A DNA stretch of 64,000 nucleotides. Origin: Callorhinchus milii. Its lineage: Eukaryota. The translations under genes and the position numbers were made by a program. Shown here piece after piece: positions 1 through 14,160 of this stretch (within the stretch, counting starts at the first letter, position 1; each line of letters begins with the position of its first letter). The stretch is from the NCBI RefSeq assembly GCF_018977255.1, contig NW_024704812.1:186001-250000 (forward strand), read 5' to 3'. The notes under the pieces were generated by a model. That model was not told the DNA's origin, searched no databases, and saw only the letters and a program-made list of their open reading frames with translations.

Positions 1-1046
1 AAAGATAGTCGTGGGTAGAAGTAGCCAATATATTATTTTTTTTGTAAGGATTATTACCCCCAGAAAAGCAATCCACCAGTCGACTAACAACCGTATTCTT
101 ACTTACTGCAGTGTAAACAGAGGCGTGTGCGTGTGAAATAAGGACATTATGCCCCGACGCGCCCAGGAATCCAACAAAGGTCCTCTCGCTTGTGAGGCGA
201 GTGCTGTAACCACTGAGCTGCAGGACTCCAACGATAAAACCCCTGACAGGTAAACCACCCGGAGCTCAGTGACCTGTGAGTTAGGAATGTCTGGAGTTAA
301 TTGCTGAACAGCTCAAAGGTTTCAGTTGTTTTGAAGCAGTGATTTCATGTGGAAGTGAAAGCCATTGTAAGATTAGCTCACTCATAAAGCTGGCTCGTGG
401 CCTCAGATTCCTGTACCTTGCCTGCAGCTGGCTGGGATAATAATGGTAATAACAACAATAATAATAATCCTTACATCTTCTGGACGTCTCAAAGCGCTTC
501 ACAGAATAGTGAATCGACTGCATAAATTTGTGGGGGAAATGCGGAGGCCAATTACGCACAGCAGTGTCCCACAAACAGTCGTGGATTGAAATGACCAATT
601 TATTATTGTTTTTTTGAGGGATTATTATCAGGGTGTGGAGTAAGGAAACTTGTCTAAGGCCTCGCCCGGCCGGGAATCAAACTCAGGTCTCTAACTAATA
701 ATAGTAGAAATAGTAATAATAGTAATTCTTGCAAAAAAGATAAATTGGTCACTTCAATCCACTATTTGTGGGACACCTCTGTGCAATTAATTGGCTGTTG
801 ACTAACAAGTGAGGTCCTACATTCTGCTTGGTAAACAGAGGCGCGCGCTCGCGTGTGTGTGTGTTTGTCTGTGTGTGCATGTCTGTGTGTGTGTGTATGT
901 CTGTGTGTGTGCGTTTCTGTGAGTATGTGTGTGTGAGTCTGTGTCTGCGTATGTGTGTGTGGAGTAAGGAAACTTGCCCTACGTTTCACCCTGAATACTG
1001 AACTCCTGATAAATAACATTAACTTCTCAGTGAGCCGATAAGTCAC

Positions 1047-1445
1047 AACAACAACAACTTGTATTTACACAGCGCCCTTTACGAGGGTAGCGTCTCGGAG
1101 TGGTGGAGCCTGACGCAGAGCCAGGTGGAGGGGAGAGACAGGCAGAAGGTGACCGTGAGCATGGTCAAAGAGAAAGATTTTCAGTCGTGATCTAAAAGAG
1201 GGGGAAGGATAGGAGAGGGGAGGAAAGGGGGAAAGGCGGAGTGATCGGGGGAGAGAACTCCACAAAGTCTGACAATACGACCCCCCATGATGGATCAGAG
1301 GGCACGAGGGACACGCAGGAGGCCAGAGGCAGCCGAGAGGAGGCAGCGGCTAGTGGGTTGGGGGGGTCAGCAGGTCGGAGAGAGAGGTAGGGAGGTGCCG
1401 GAGCCTGAAGGGATTTGTAGATGATTGAAAGGATCTTGAAATCGA
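1047..1445 (-). mobile_element. L2 LINE 3' fragment (paralogs ~17735-18125, 40118-40506, 56080-56470)
   Basis: FRSRLKIFLFDHA-type ORF2 end, ..GGGCGCTGTGTAAATACAAG(TTG)n tail. Confidence 0.75.
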
Positions 1446-1464
1446 TCTACGTTGTCACAGCTAT

Positions 1465-1527
1465 CTACTTCCTGGTGCCATTACGACGTAAATTGTGATA
1501 AATATCTTTCTGGTGCTTTCCAAGGTT
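1465..1527 (-). CDS. Gene A exon 11, [20 protein letters not shown]-stop
   Basis: 63 nt including TAG after TGTGTTTCAG acceptor; conserved in 4 copies. Confidence 0.8.
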   Translation of the reverse strand, partial: NLGKHQKDIYHNLRRNGTRK

Positions 1528-4095
1528 CTGAAACACAATGCAGATCAGACAGACCATTACTAACAACAACATTTTACACTGAACCTTTCACATCAGGAGG
1601 ACGTCCCAAGGACCTGGAGAGTCAGGGATTTGGATCTGAGCTGTGGGTTGGGATCAGGAAGGGATGGAGGGTGGGGAGGGAGGGGGTAGGAGGGTGACCA
1701 GGTTGAAGAGAAAAGTCTTGAGACAGGCCTTCAAGGAGGTGAGGGAGTGAGTGAAACCGAGGGATTGTGGGATGGAGTTCCAGAGGGTGGGGCAGAGTAA
1801 CTGAAGGCCTGACCGATGGTGGGGCAGGTGAGGCAGGGGATGTGAAGCAGGTCGGAGCCCACTGAGCAGAGGGAGAGGACAGGTTGTTAGGGGTTAGGAG
1901 GTCACAGAGGTAGTGGGGAGCAAAGCCATGGAGGGCTTTGAAGGTGAGGACCAGGATCTTGAACAACAACAACAACAACAAGATTCCATTTATAAAGCGC
2001 CTTTCACGTCAGGAGGACGTCCCAAGGCGCTGCACAGTTGGGTCATGACCCGAGCAGGGGGGAAATGGTCAGGGTGAGGGGAGGGAAGGGAGGGAGCAAG
2101 GAGGGGGGAAATGGTCAGGGTGAGGGAAGGGAAGGGAGGGAGCGAGGAGGGGGAAGAGAGTCGAGAGGGGATCTGAAGGCTCGGTCAAAGAGAAAGGTTT
2201 TGAGACCGGCCTTGAAGGAGGAGAGGGAGGAAGCGGCGAAGGCACTGGGGGATAGAGTTCCAGAGCCTGGGGGCTGAGAGGCTGAAGGCCCGACCTCCGA
2301 TGGTAGGGCGGTTGGGCGGGGGACGTGGAGCAGACCGGAGCCAGAGGAACGGAGGGTACGGGCAGGTAGGTAGGGGGATAGTAGGTTGGAGAGGTAGGAG
2401 GGAGCGAGGCCGTGGATGGCCTTGTAGGTGAGGATGAGGATCTTGAAATCAATCCTCTGGGGGATGGGGAGCAGTGGAGGCGAGCGAGGGCGAGGGCGAG
2501 GGCGAGGGCGAGGGTGGGAGTGATGTGGTCGCGGTGTCTGGTGCGGGACAGTACACGAGCTGCAGAGTTCTGAATGACCTGCAGTGTGGAGGGAGGTGGC
2601 GGGAAGGCCGGCGAGGAGAGAGTTCCCGTAGTCTAGCCTTGAGGTGACATAGGCGTGAACCAGGGTTTCGTAGTCTGGCGATGTTCCGGAGGTGATGGAA
2701 GGCGGTGCTAGTTGTGGTGCGGATGTGAGGGAGAAAGGACAGCTCAGGGTCGAACAAAACCCCGAGGTTCCTGATGGCTTTGAGAGGTGGAGAGTGCGGC
2801 CTTCGATGCTGATGCTGTCAGTGCCTGAGGTGCGGAGGCGCTGACGTGAGCCAATCAGGAGGGCCTCGGTTTTGCACACGTTGAGCTGAAGAAAGTTGTC
2901 TCTCGTCCAGGACTCGATGTCGGACAGACAGCTGTCAGGACATCGGGGGTCGTGGAGTTGAGAGTAGAGGAGGAAAGGTAGAGTTGGGTGTCATCCGCAT
3001 ACATGTGGGAGTTAACTCCATGTCTGTATGCTGTGTGTGATGGGAAGCAGTGGAGTTGGGGAGGGTGGGGCTGATGGGGGGCAGAGCCTGGGGTGGGAGA
3101 GGACAGAGCTGCAGAGTTAGTTCTGGATGATCTGCAGTTTGTAGAGGGAGGCGTTGGGAAGGCCGACAAGCAGGGAGTGGGCAAAGTCAAGCCTGTATGT
3201 GGTGAACACATGGATGAGGGCCTCGGTGGCCTGTGGTGAGAGACAGTGGCGGAGCCGGGCAATATAGTGGAGGAAGGCATAGCAGGACATGGTATGGATG
3301 AGGGGATGAAGGACAGTTGAGGGTCATAAAGGACAGAGGTGGGACAGCAAGAGACTGAGCCGGGCTGACACACTGTCCGTGTCAGCCATTTGTTTCCTCA
3401 CCATGTAAGGGCCTGAATCCTTCTGGGAGACATTGGCAGAGGAAGCCTAAAATATAAACAAACACAGTTTAGCTACTCATTAGCAATGTCGTTAGCAATA
3501 AATAATAATAACCATTGCATTTCACAAGGCAGCTTATCACGTCTTCAAAACGTCTCAAAGTGCTTCACAAGATACACGGTAAAGAGAATTGACTGTTGTT
3601 TCGTAATAATAATAATTGTTGCATTTGATATAGTGCCTTATCACGTCTTTGAGTCGTGTCAAAGAGGAGCCAATTGCCTAAGGTTTTGCTCTGTCCGGGA
3701 AACAAAACCGGATCCTTTCGCTTGAGAGGCGAGGACTCTAACCACTGAGCTACAGGACTGCACAGGACTTACTCTGACATCAATGGTCTCGTAGTGTGGT
3801 TCACCCTCTGTCTCTTGCTGTGTTTTGGCTGGAAAATAAACAACAACTTGTTTATTCAAAGGCACAGCCTCTGATGGTGGGATGGAGGGAACGAGGGACA
3901 AATAGGAGGCCGGTGTGGGGGCGGTGGGGGGTGAGCAGGTCAGAGAGGTAGGGAGGTGCCAGGGCATGAAGGGGTTTGAAAACGAGTGAGAGGATCTTGA
4001 AATCGTAGAAAATCTTGAAAATCTACAAGAGTTTGTACATTTGCTGAACCGGTGAACTTGGAGAGAAACGGAGAAGGAGGGACTGATAGAGAGAC

Positions 4096-4128
<33 letters not shown>

Positions 4129-4298
4129 TTGGTAGCGAGAGATAGGGTTAGAGCCTGACAGAAAGACAAAGAGGGAGCGATTGAAAGAGAATGGTGGAGA
4201 TGGATGGATAGAGACTGATAGAGAGTGAGATGGAGGGTGATAGAGAGGGGGGGATAGAGGCTGATAGAAAGGAGATGGTGAAATGGAGTGGGAGAGAC

Positions 4299-4354
<56 letters not shown>

Positions 4355-7300
4355 GGGGAGAGACTGATGGAGGAAGAGTGAGACGGAGAGGGTAGAGACT
4401 GATTTGAGTTTGTGACGGAGGTGGATAGAGACTAATAGAGGGAGTGTGAGACAGAAGGGAAGAGACTGATAGAGAGACATGAAGGGGGAGAGACTGGGAG
4501 TGAGAGAGAGTGAGACGGAGGGGGTAGAGACAGATAGAGAGAGACGGAGGGGTAGAGACTGACAGAGAGAGATGGAGGGGGAGAGACTGATAGTGAAAGA
4601 GAGTGAGACGGAGGGGTAGAGACTGACAGAGAGAGAGGACAGTGAGAGGGTGAGTGGCTGAGGGGGGTCTGGGCTGGTATATAAACAACAGAACATGAAG
4701 GTGAAAGGTTTTCCTGTGTATATACGGCCTCACCTTCCTTACGTTTCCTGTAAACGTACACCACAGCGAGTGTTGCAATGACCACCACAGCCACAGCCCC
4801 CACTATTGTCCCCACTATCAGGGCCACATTCACTGCGGAGAGAAACACCTTCACTGTCTCTCTATTAGATTATACTCTCGTAACATAGAGACCACAGCAC
4901 AGACCTCATGAACATCATATCAATCCTCGCATTTGATACAGCGCCTTATCACGTCGTTGTAAAGTGTCGTAACTGTATTTTGTCGGCGGAACACAGCAGC
5001 CAATTGCGCACAGCGGTGACCCACAAACAGTTGTGGATTGATTGACCAGATTCTTTGTTTTTTTGGAGGGATTATGACCCCCAGAAAGTGAACCGTCAAT
5101 TGACTAACAGCGGGTTCCTACCTACTGCTGATAAACAGAGGTGCACATCTGTGTGTGTATGTGTGTCTATGTGTGTCTGCGTGTGTGTGTGTGTGTGTGT
5201 CTGTGGGTGTTGTCTGCGGTGGGGTGTATATGTCTGTCTGTGAGTTTGTGTGTGTCTGTGACTGTGTAAGTGTGTGTGTCTGTGTGTGTGTCTGTGTGTG
5301 TGTCAACATATCATAACTTACCTCCGCCTTTCAAAGTCACGTCAAATTGGAAGAGGTTCTCTCCCATTGCGTTAGTGACATGGCATTGATATGTGCCCTG
5401 ATCGGTTGCCTGGAATTTACTGATGAGCAGTTTAGAGAAGGTTAGTCCTGAGGTGATGTTGAACTTGCCGTCAGAGCCAGTGATGGAGTTGTCTTCCTTC
5501 GACCATGTAAAGTGTGCGGGCAGCAGGCCAGGGTCTGACACCCGCACTGTGTCTGTCAGTGACACGTCTAAGGTCACATCTGCCTCCTTCCCCACTTCCA
5601 CCTGAGGCTCAGACCCTGACGCTCTCTGGGGTTTATCTGTATAACAGCACAGACGGCGTTCAGCAAAACAGCAACACAGTCACCCCAACAGTCAGTAGGA
5701 ATAATAATAATCCTCCCGTTTGATACAGCGCCTTATCACGCCATCGAGACATCTTAAATCCCATCTAAAGACCTTCCTCTTCGACCAACCGCACCTTCAG
5801 CCACCCTCCCACCCCCAACCACCACCACCCCCTGCCCTCCACCCCTCCTGACCCCAACTCCCAGCTCAGGTCCAAAAACCCAGACTATGCAGCGTCCCGG
5901 GACGTGTTTGCGACGTGAAGGGTGCTATACAAGTGTAATTTGTTATTGTCGCTGCTGTTCAGCCCTCAAGTCCTCACCAATGACTATAGAGCATTGACTG
6001 TCAGAGACAACATGGCGTCCAACACATGTGAAGATCTCTCGGGAGCTGAGCTGATCCTTTGTGATGGTGACATTCCCCTCGTTTGTCCCATTGACAATCG
6101 TCTGTCCGACCTTCAGCTGAAGGACAGTGTCTGGCACCCCACCAGCCCAGGAGCACATCAACCCACTGCTGTTCCTTTATCCGCTGCTCCGCATGTGATC
6201 TGCTGTGTGGGAGTCCCTTGAACAAGGCAAAGACAAACAGTCCAGTTATTGGCTCCACCTTGAGTTGTCCCCACCCTCGCCCGGCTCCACTGGCTCCCCA
6301 TCCCTCAGAGGATACTGTTCAAGATCCTGATCCTCAACTATCAAAGCCCTCAATGGCCTCACTTCTCCCTCCCTTCCTCTGTGACCTCCTAACCCCTGAC
6401 CAAGCTGTCCACTCCCTCCGCTCATTAGGCTCCAACCTACTCCATGTCCCTTCCCGGCCCACTCCATCATCGGCGTTCTGCCCTAATTTGCCCCATCCTA
6501 TGAAACTCCCATAACCGCTCCGCCTCGCCCTCTCCCTCGCCTTCTTCAAACCTGTGCGATCTACTGTGCCTTCGTCACCCTCCTACACCCATCTCCCTGC
6601 CCTCCAACCCTCCTGATAGCAACCCCCAGCTCAGGTGTGGGTCCCTGACTGTCCAGCGCCTTGGGACATCCTCCTGACGTGAAAGCCACTGTGTAAATGC
6701 CATGTGTTGTTATTTAGACAGTGCCAACTTTGACTGAGATCTAACTCACTGTACACGAGGATTGAAACCTTCTCCGTGCGGCTAATCGTGGTGTAATCGC
6801 TCTCCACATTGCAAGTGTAATCCCCGCTGCTTTGGAACGTGAGGCTCTCTATAGGCAGCTGTGAGGTGTTGCCGGCAATGACCGCGGTGTTATGTGTCCA
6901 CGTGTAGTTACACTCTGGGAAACATTTCGTCTGACAGTTGAGTGTCACTAAATCTCCCTCCTTCCCACAGTACTGTCCTGGGAAGAAGCTGTCACATAGC
7001 TCCAGCCCGATCACTTCAACTGTGGGTGGATCAGGGCCATCTGAAAGAAAAAGCATTAAACTATGACATAGATAGATAAATGGATGGCAGATGATAGTGT
7101 GAGAGAAACAGCCTTTTTACATGTATCACAGGAACCTGGGAATCTTGTTTGACCCTGAACTGTCCTTTCTCCCCCACATCCGCGCCATGACAGCACTGCC
7201 TACCGCCACCTCCGCAATATTGCCAGACTCCGCCACCTCCGCAATATTGCCAGACTCCGCCACTGTCTCAGCCATCAGGCTTCCGAAGCCTTCACCCACG

Positions 7301-10300
7301 CATTCATCACCTCAAGGTTTGATTACGTGAACTCCCTCCTCATCGGCCTTCCCAACTCTTCCCTTCAGAAACTGCAGATCATCCAAAACTCTGCAGCTCG
7401 TGTACTCTCGTGCACCCGGCTCCGTGACCCCATCACTCCCACCCTCGCCGACTCCACTGGCTCCCCATCCCTCAGAGGATGGAATACCAGATGCTTGTCC
7501 TCACCTTTAAGGCCATCCATGGCCTTGCCCCCTCCTATCTCTCTGACCTGCTGACTCCCTACCAACCTGCCCGCGTCCTCCGTTCAGTGGGCTCCGGCTG
7601 CTCCATGTCTCCTACCCGGCCCATCGCTGGCCGGGCTTTCAGCTTCTCTGCCCCACACTCTGGAACTCCATCCCACGGTCCCTTGGCCTCGCTTCCTCCC
7701 TGGTCTCCTTCAAGGCCGGTCTCAAGACCCTCTTCTTTATCGTGCTTTTGGTCTCCCTCCCACCTCTCTGCCTTCCCTCACCCCTCCCCCACCCCTCCCA
7801 CATGCTCGGGCCCCGACACCTGACTGTTCAGCACTTTGGAACGTTTTCCTGACGTGAAAGGCGCTCTATAAATGTAATTTTGTTGATGTTGTTGCTGTTG
7901 TTCTGGCCTTTTGTGGGTCCCTCCTGAGCGCAATTGGCTGCGCGTTTCACACATAAAATATACAGTGAATTCACTTTACAATATATTCTGTGAAGCGATT
8001 TGAGACGAGGTAAGGCACGTTTTTTGGATGTGTTAATACCTCTGGAAAAGTGATCCGGCAATCGACTAACAAGGGTTCCCGCTTACTGTTAGGCAAACAA
8101 TAGTGTGTGTGGGGGTGAATGTGGGGTGTGTGGGTGGAGTAAGGAAAGTTGCGTTAGGTGTCGTCCTGACCCGCCCGGGAATCAAACCCAGGTCCTCTCG
8201 CTTGATAAGGCGATATATCAAGTGCAAGAATGATTATTATTCTGATGATCATGACTATGATCATTATTATTGTGATTATCATTACTGTTATTGCAGCTCA
8301 GGTCACGTGAGGCTGACTTTGGGTCATGGAGTTTAAAGCGAGTCGGGGTTCCTGCTCCTGGTCCCTAAACTCCCTCTCGGGCTCAGGTGTGTGTGTTGCA
8401 GTCTAGTGAGGAGATTAGGTTTGTCTGTGGGGCCCTCTACAGTCAAGTGGCCGATTGATACTCAAATGGTGATGAGATCTTTAACCTGAACAGACAGATA
8501 GTTTAACGTCTCATCCAAACAACGGCTCTTCAATGATAATAACAATAGTGGAGTCCTGTAGCTCAGTGTTTCGAGCAAGTGAGAGTCTTGGGTTCGATTC
8601 CCAGCAGGGGGTGAATGCTTGGGCAACTTTCCTCACTCCACACGCCTGATAATAATCCCTCAAGAAAAAAAAACAATAATAAATTGGTTACTTCAATCTA
8701 TGGCTGTTTGTGGGGATGTCGCTGTGCGCAACTGTCTGCCACATTTCACCCACAAATATAGTCAATTCACTTTACAGTATATTCTGTGAAGCGTTTCAGT
8801 CGTCCAGAAGACGTGAAAAGCACTGTATCAAATGCAAGGATTATTATATTATTGATAGAGCAAAAATGTCGGCCAAGTTTCCCTACTCCCAAACACACCC
8901 TCTGTTTACTGAGCAGTAATTAGGAACCCGGTTATTAGTCGATTGGTGGGAATCAAACCAAAGTCCTCTCACTTGCGAGGTGAGGGCTCCAACCACTACA
9001 GGACCCCACTGTTTGTTCCTCTATTCACAGCATCAAACCCCAATGTAGAATATTCCAGCATTGCATTGGAGCTTCAGTCTGGACTACATGAGTTCCAAGT
9101 ACTGAGGTGAGGCCACAACCTTCTGACTTATAGAGAGCTGAGCCAGGCTGGAACAAGTAGGGATATACGTGGGCCAACTGCACTGTCCTGTTCAGCTCAC
9201 GTTGATCTGGTTTTAACACCACAGCAAATATACTCACAAGTTATCACCAGCTTCACTGGTTTGCTGCTGTCACTGTTCACCGGGTTACTGGCCGTGCAGA
9301 TAAACCCTCCACTGTCGCTCCTGTGTACGGGGCTGATTGTCAGAGTGCTATTATCTGCAGACAGTGTGTAACGTGGGGTTACAGGTAACGGGTGTCCACC
9401 CAGTGCCCAGGAATAGGTGGGGAACGATCCCATCGCTGTACATCTCAGTGTCGCTGTGTCTTCATTCTCGATAAATATCTCCTTGTCTGGACTCAGGCTG
9501 ATGCTCACATTGGACACCAGGGCTGTAAGATAAAGTGTTTTATTTCATTCAGACACAAAGCTTAACACAAAGCTGTTCTGATTCACTTTACTAACACTGC
9601 ATTGCATTTCCAACACTGTTTGTGTTATTATTTTTCCCCCTTAATTCAGACATCAAGTGCTCTGGGACGCTATCCTGCGTGAGGGGGGCTATATCAATGT
9701 AAGCTGTTGTTGTTATAATATTAATCCTTGCATTGGATACAGCGACTTATCATATCTTCGAGACATCTGAAAGCACTTCACAGAATATACTGTGTAACTT
9801 GTGGGTGAAACGCGGCTGTCAATTGAGCCCAGCGACATCCCCAGAAACAGTTGTCGATTGAGTGACCAAATTATTATTATTATTTTATTTTTTTGAAGTA
9901 ATTATTGCCCCCAGAAAACTGATCCGCCAATGGACTAACAACTGGGTTCCTACTGACTGCTGTTAAACAGAGACGTGTGCAGTAGGAAACCTGCGCATTG
10001 TTTCGCCAGGAATCAAACCCTCTCACTTGCGAGGCCAGTGCTCTAACCCCTGAGCTACAGGTCTCCGTACATAGTATGCAGTTCTGTAGTTAGTAGTATT
10101 GTTACACCAGTAGTTATGCGCTCAACAATCTGGGCCAAGAAAAGTAAAAGTTGTGGGGGATTTGGGCATTTTTGACAAATTTTGCAGAAAATGGCGGGAA
10201 GTTGATCGGGGATATTGATGAACATGTTTTCACTTTATTGATAAAAACTGAACACGAGGAAATAAGAAATATTACATTGTTGGGGAAAAATATAATTGCT

Positions 10301-13300
10301 TCTTTATCAAGGACTGGGTGTCTTTTTTGCGGGGGTGGGGGAGAAAGAGACGCACACACACACACACAAACACACACAGGGAGAGTCACACACTCACAGA
10401 GAGACGCACATACAGAAACACAGAGAGACACACACTCTCACAGAGAGACACACACACTCAGAGACTCAGCGAGAGACACACACACAGACACAGAGAGCAA
10501 CACACACATTTGTATAGCGCCTTTTACATTGGGAGCATATCCCATAGATTGAGACGCACTCACAGACACAGAGAGACACTCACAAACACATAGAGAGACA
10601 CACAAGGGGACATTCACAAACAGACGGAGACACAGACACACAACGACACTCACAAACAGAGATACACAGTCACACAGAGACACACATAGCTCACAAATGC
10701 ATATAGGGAGACACACACACACACTCATTCACACACGGACACAGAGACACACTCACAAAGAGAGAGAGACACACACACTCACACACAGACGCAAACAATC
10801 ACAACAGCGGTGAATCCAAGTGAAGCCCATTTGCATGTCCTGAGCCGAGCGCCCCACAGTGACGTCAGTGAGGCCCGTGGGCCGGAAAGTACATTATTAT
10901 TTGTACCGGGTTTCTAATAATAATAATGACAATACTCGTATTTGATATAGCGCCTTATCACGTCGTTGAGACTCTTGTATTATTATTGTATTAATAATAT
11001 AATATTGTAGATTGTATTAATATAATATCGTAGATTGTACTAATAATATAATATTGGAGTGGGCTCCGCATGACAAGGGCGCACATTTCCATTGGTCCAA
11101 AAGCAGATGTCGCTGGGAACACTCAGCCGGTCAGGCAGCATCTATGGAGAGAGGAAAGTGAGTCAGCATTTTGGGTCCACGACCCTTCATCAGAATGTCA
11201 GAACGAAGGGTCGTGGACCTGAAACGTTGACCCGTTTCCTCTCTCCATAGATGCCGCCTGACCTGCTGAGTGTTCCCAGCGACGTCTGTTTTTCTTTCAG
11301 ATTTCCAGCATCTGCAGTATTGCCTTTTGTTTGTATTGGTCCAACTCACCTTGTATGGTTAGGGCCACCGGTTTGCTGCTGTCACTGCCCACCAGGTGAC
11401 TGGCCGTGCAGATAAACCCTCCACTGTCGTTCCTGTGTACGGGGCTGATTGTCAGAGTGCTATTATCTGCAGACAGTGTGTAACGTGGGGTTACAGGTAA
11501 CGGGTGTCCATCCAGTGCCCAGGAATAGGTGGGGAACGATCCCATCGCTGTACATCTTAGTGCCACTGTGTCTTTGTTCTCGATAAATATCTCCTTGTCT
11601 GGACTCAGGCTGATGCTCACATTGGACACCGGAGCTGTAAGATAACGCATTTCATTTCATTCAGAAACTTGTTCAGATTCACTTCACTGACACAGACCTG
11701 TTCAGAGTCACTTTGCTGAACCCTACACTTTATTTCTGACGCTGTTTGTTATGATTCACTGTTTATTCAGGTCTCAGTCTGGCTCATTTGGTAGCACAAT
11801 GTTATGGTTTAAAGCCCCACTTTGGGAGCTCACAGTCCAGGTTTATTGGCTTAATGAATGAAATGAAATGGGCCCGGGGGCCGGATGCGGCCCGTGGGCC
11901 ACCAGTTGGCCCACCCTGCTCTCACCGATGCTCTGAAGCAGGGTGGCTGCCGTGGGACGGATTACCCTATTTGACAAAGGTCCACAGACCACATCCAACC
12001 TGAGGCCATTTCCACTTCGCTTCCTCTCCTCCCTCCCTCCCCCCCTCCCTGGGCTGCGGCAGGAGCTGATGGTTGGGAAGACCCAGTGAGCAGAGCCTTT
12101 ACTGCAGTCTATCAGGAAGGCAGAGCAAGTGTGTCTCTACTCCTCTCTCTCCTCCTCTCTCCCCCCCCACTCACTCCCCAACCCCACTCTCTCATCCCCT
12201 CTCCCCCCTCCCACTTCTCCCCGTCTCTTGCCCTCTCTTTCCCACTCTCTCCCCCTTCTATTTCCCCCTCCCCCTTCTCTCCCGCCCCTCTCTCTCCCCT
12301 CCTCTCCCTTTCCCTCTCTTTCCCCCTCTCTCTCTCCCCTCTCTCTCTCGCAATCTGTCTCTCCCAATCTGCAGTGGCAGGAGCCCAAGGGCGCAGTTGG
12401 TAAGAGATTTGTTTGCCTTCCTGCAGTAAAGGCTCTGCTCGCTGCATTCTCCCAAACGCCGGCTCCTGCCGCTGCCCTGTGAGGACGTTCACCAGGGAGA
12501 GAGGGAGGGAGGGAGGGGTGGTTGGGGAAGTTGGAACATTGCAAATGGTCGCCGGCCGCACAAAATCACCTCCGGGCAGCTGACAGCCCAGGTACCGCCT
12601 GTTGGACCACACTGAACTGAATGAAATGAAATCGGTCCGGGGGCCATCACACCCTCCTGTTTGCCCCTCGGCCCCTCCGCTCCATCATCGGTGGCTGTAT
12701 TTTCAGCTGTTACGCCCTGAAACTCTGTCACTCTCTCCCTGTCAATCCCTCCGTCTCCCCCTCTCGTTCCCCACCTTCAAATCCCACCTAATATCCTTCC
12801 TTTTTGATTGGGTTTACCATCACCTCCCCCCTCCCTGTCCAGCCTTCCCGGACGCTACCCCACGTGAGGGGCGCAGTGTAAATGCAAGTTGTTGTTTACT
12901 CACTGTGAACACGCAGTTGTAAAGCTGCTGTGGCTGATCCGTGGCTTAATTCAAACACAATCACTGAGTACGAACCGGAATCAGTCGGAGTCACTGTGTC
13001 CAGACGTAGAGTGGCATTGCTGCGGTAAAGCTCAGCCCGACCCTGGTAGTCTGGAGAGTAATTCACTGTTGTTCCCTGTGCTGATACGATTAAGATGCTG
13101 TTGACTTTCCACGATACACTGAAATTTCCCTGTTCACTGGGCATTACCAGGAAGTACACAGATTGTCCGGCTGTGGCTTCTATGTGACTCTCAGTGACGG
13201 TCAGACTGAAAGCTCCCACCTGCTCTGTAACACATAACACACACAACAGTCAATCACCAGGTAATCTCACAATATAAAAATAATAATATTAATAATAATC

Positions 13301-14124
13301 CTGTAGTTATTGTTCGAGCACTCGTCTCGCAAGTGAGCAGACCCAGATTTGATCCCCGGGCGGAAGGGCGAAACGTTGGGCAGTTTCCTTACTTCACACA
13401 CACGCCTCTGTTTTTCTCGCAGTAAGTCGGAACCCGGTTGTTAACCGATTAGAGACTTTTTCGGGATAACAATTCCTTCAAAAAAGTAATAAATTGATGA
13501 CTCAAACCATGACTGTTTTTTGGCACTGCAGTGCACACTGTATAAATGGAATGATTATTAATATTATATTAATAGTTCTTGCATTTGATATAGTGCCTTA
13601 TCACGTCTTTGAGACGTCTGAACGCGCTTCATGGGCTGTACTGTAAAGTGAATTATTGTATATTTTGTGGGTGAACCCTTTCAGCCAATTGTACACAATA
13701 GCGACCCACACAGAGCCGTGGATTGAGTGACCAATTTTTTTATTTTGAAGGAATTATTATCCCCAGAGAAGCGATCCGCCAACCGACCAACAAGTGGTTC
13801 CCACTTATTGTTCGGTAAATAGAGGCGCGTGTGTGTGGAGTAAGGAAACTTACCCAACCTCTCGCCCTGTGCCGCCCGGGAATCAAACCCAGGACTCTCA
13901 CTTGCGAGGCGAGTGCTCCAACCACTGAGCTACAGGACTCCACAATTCAGAACAATTCTGTGGAAAAACGACCTCAGTGAGAGAGTGGGAAACAGGATCC
14001 CAAAGGAGACAGACGGCAGAAGCAGAAAATGTTATTTATTTCAAGATCAAATTGGATAGATTTCTGCAAGAAAATAATATCTCAGGATACAGTGTATAGA
14101 CACACATACACAGACACACAGTCG

Positions 14125-14160
<36 letters not shown>

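Noticed and set aside
2115-3373. 254-aa and 172-aa ORFs as host genes
   Set aside because: Frameshifted L2 ORF2 fragments
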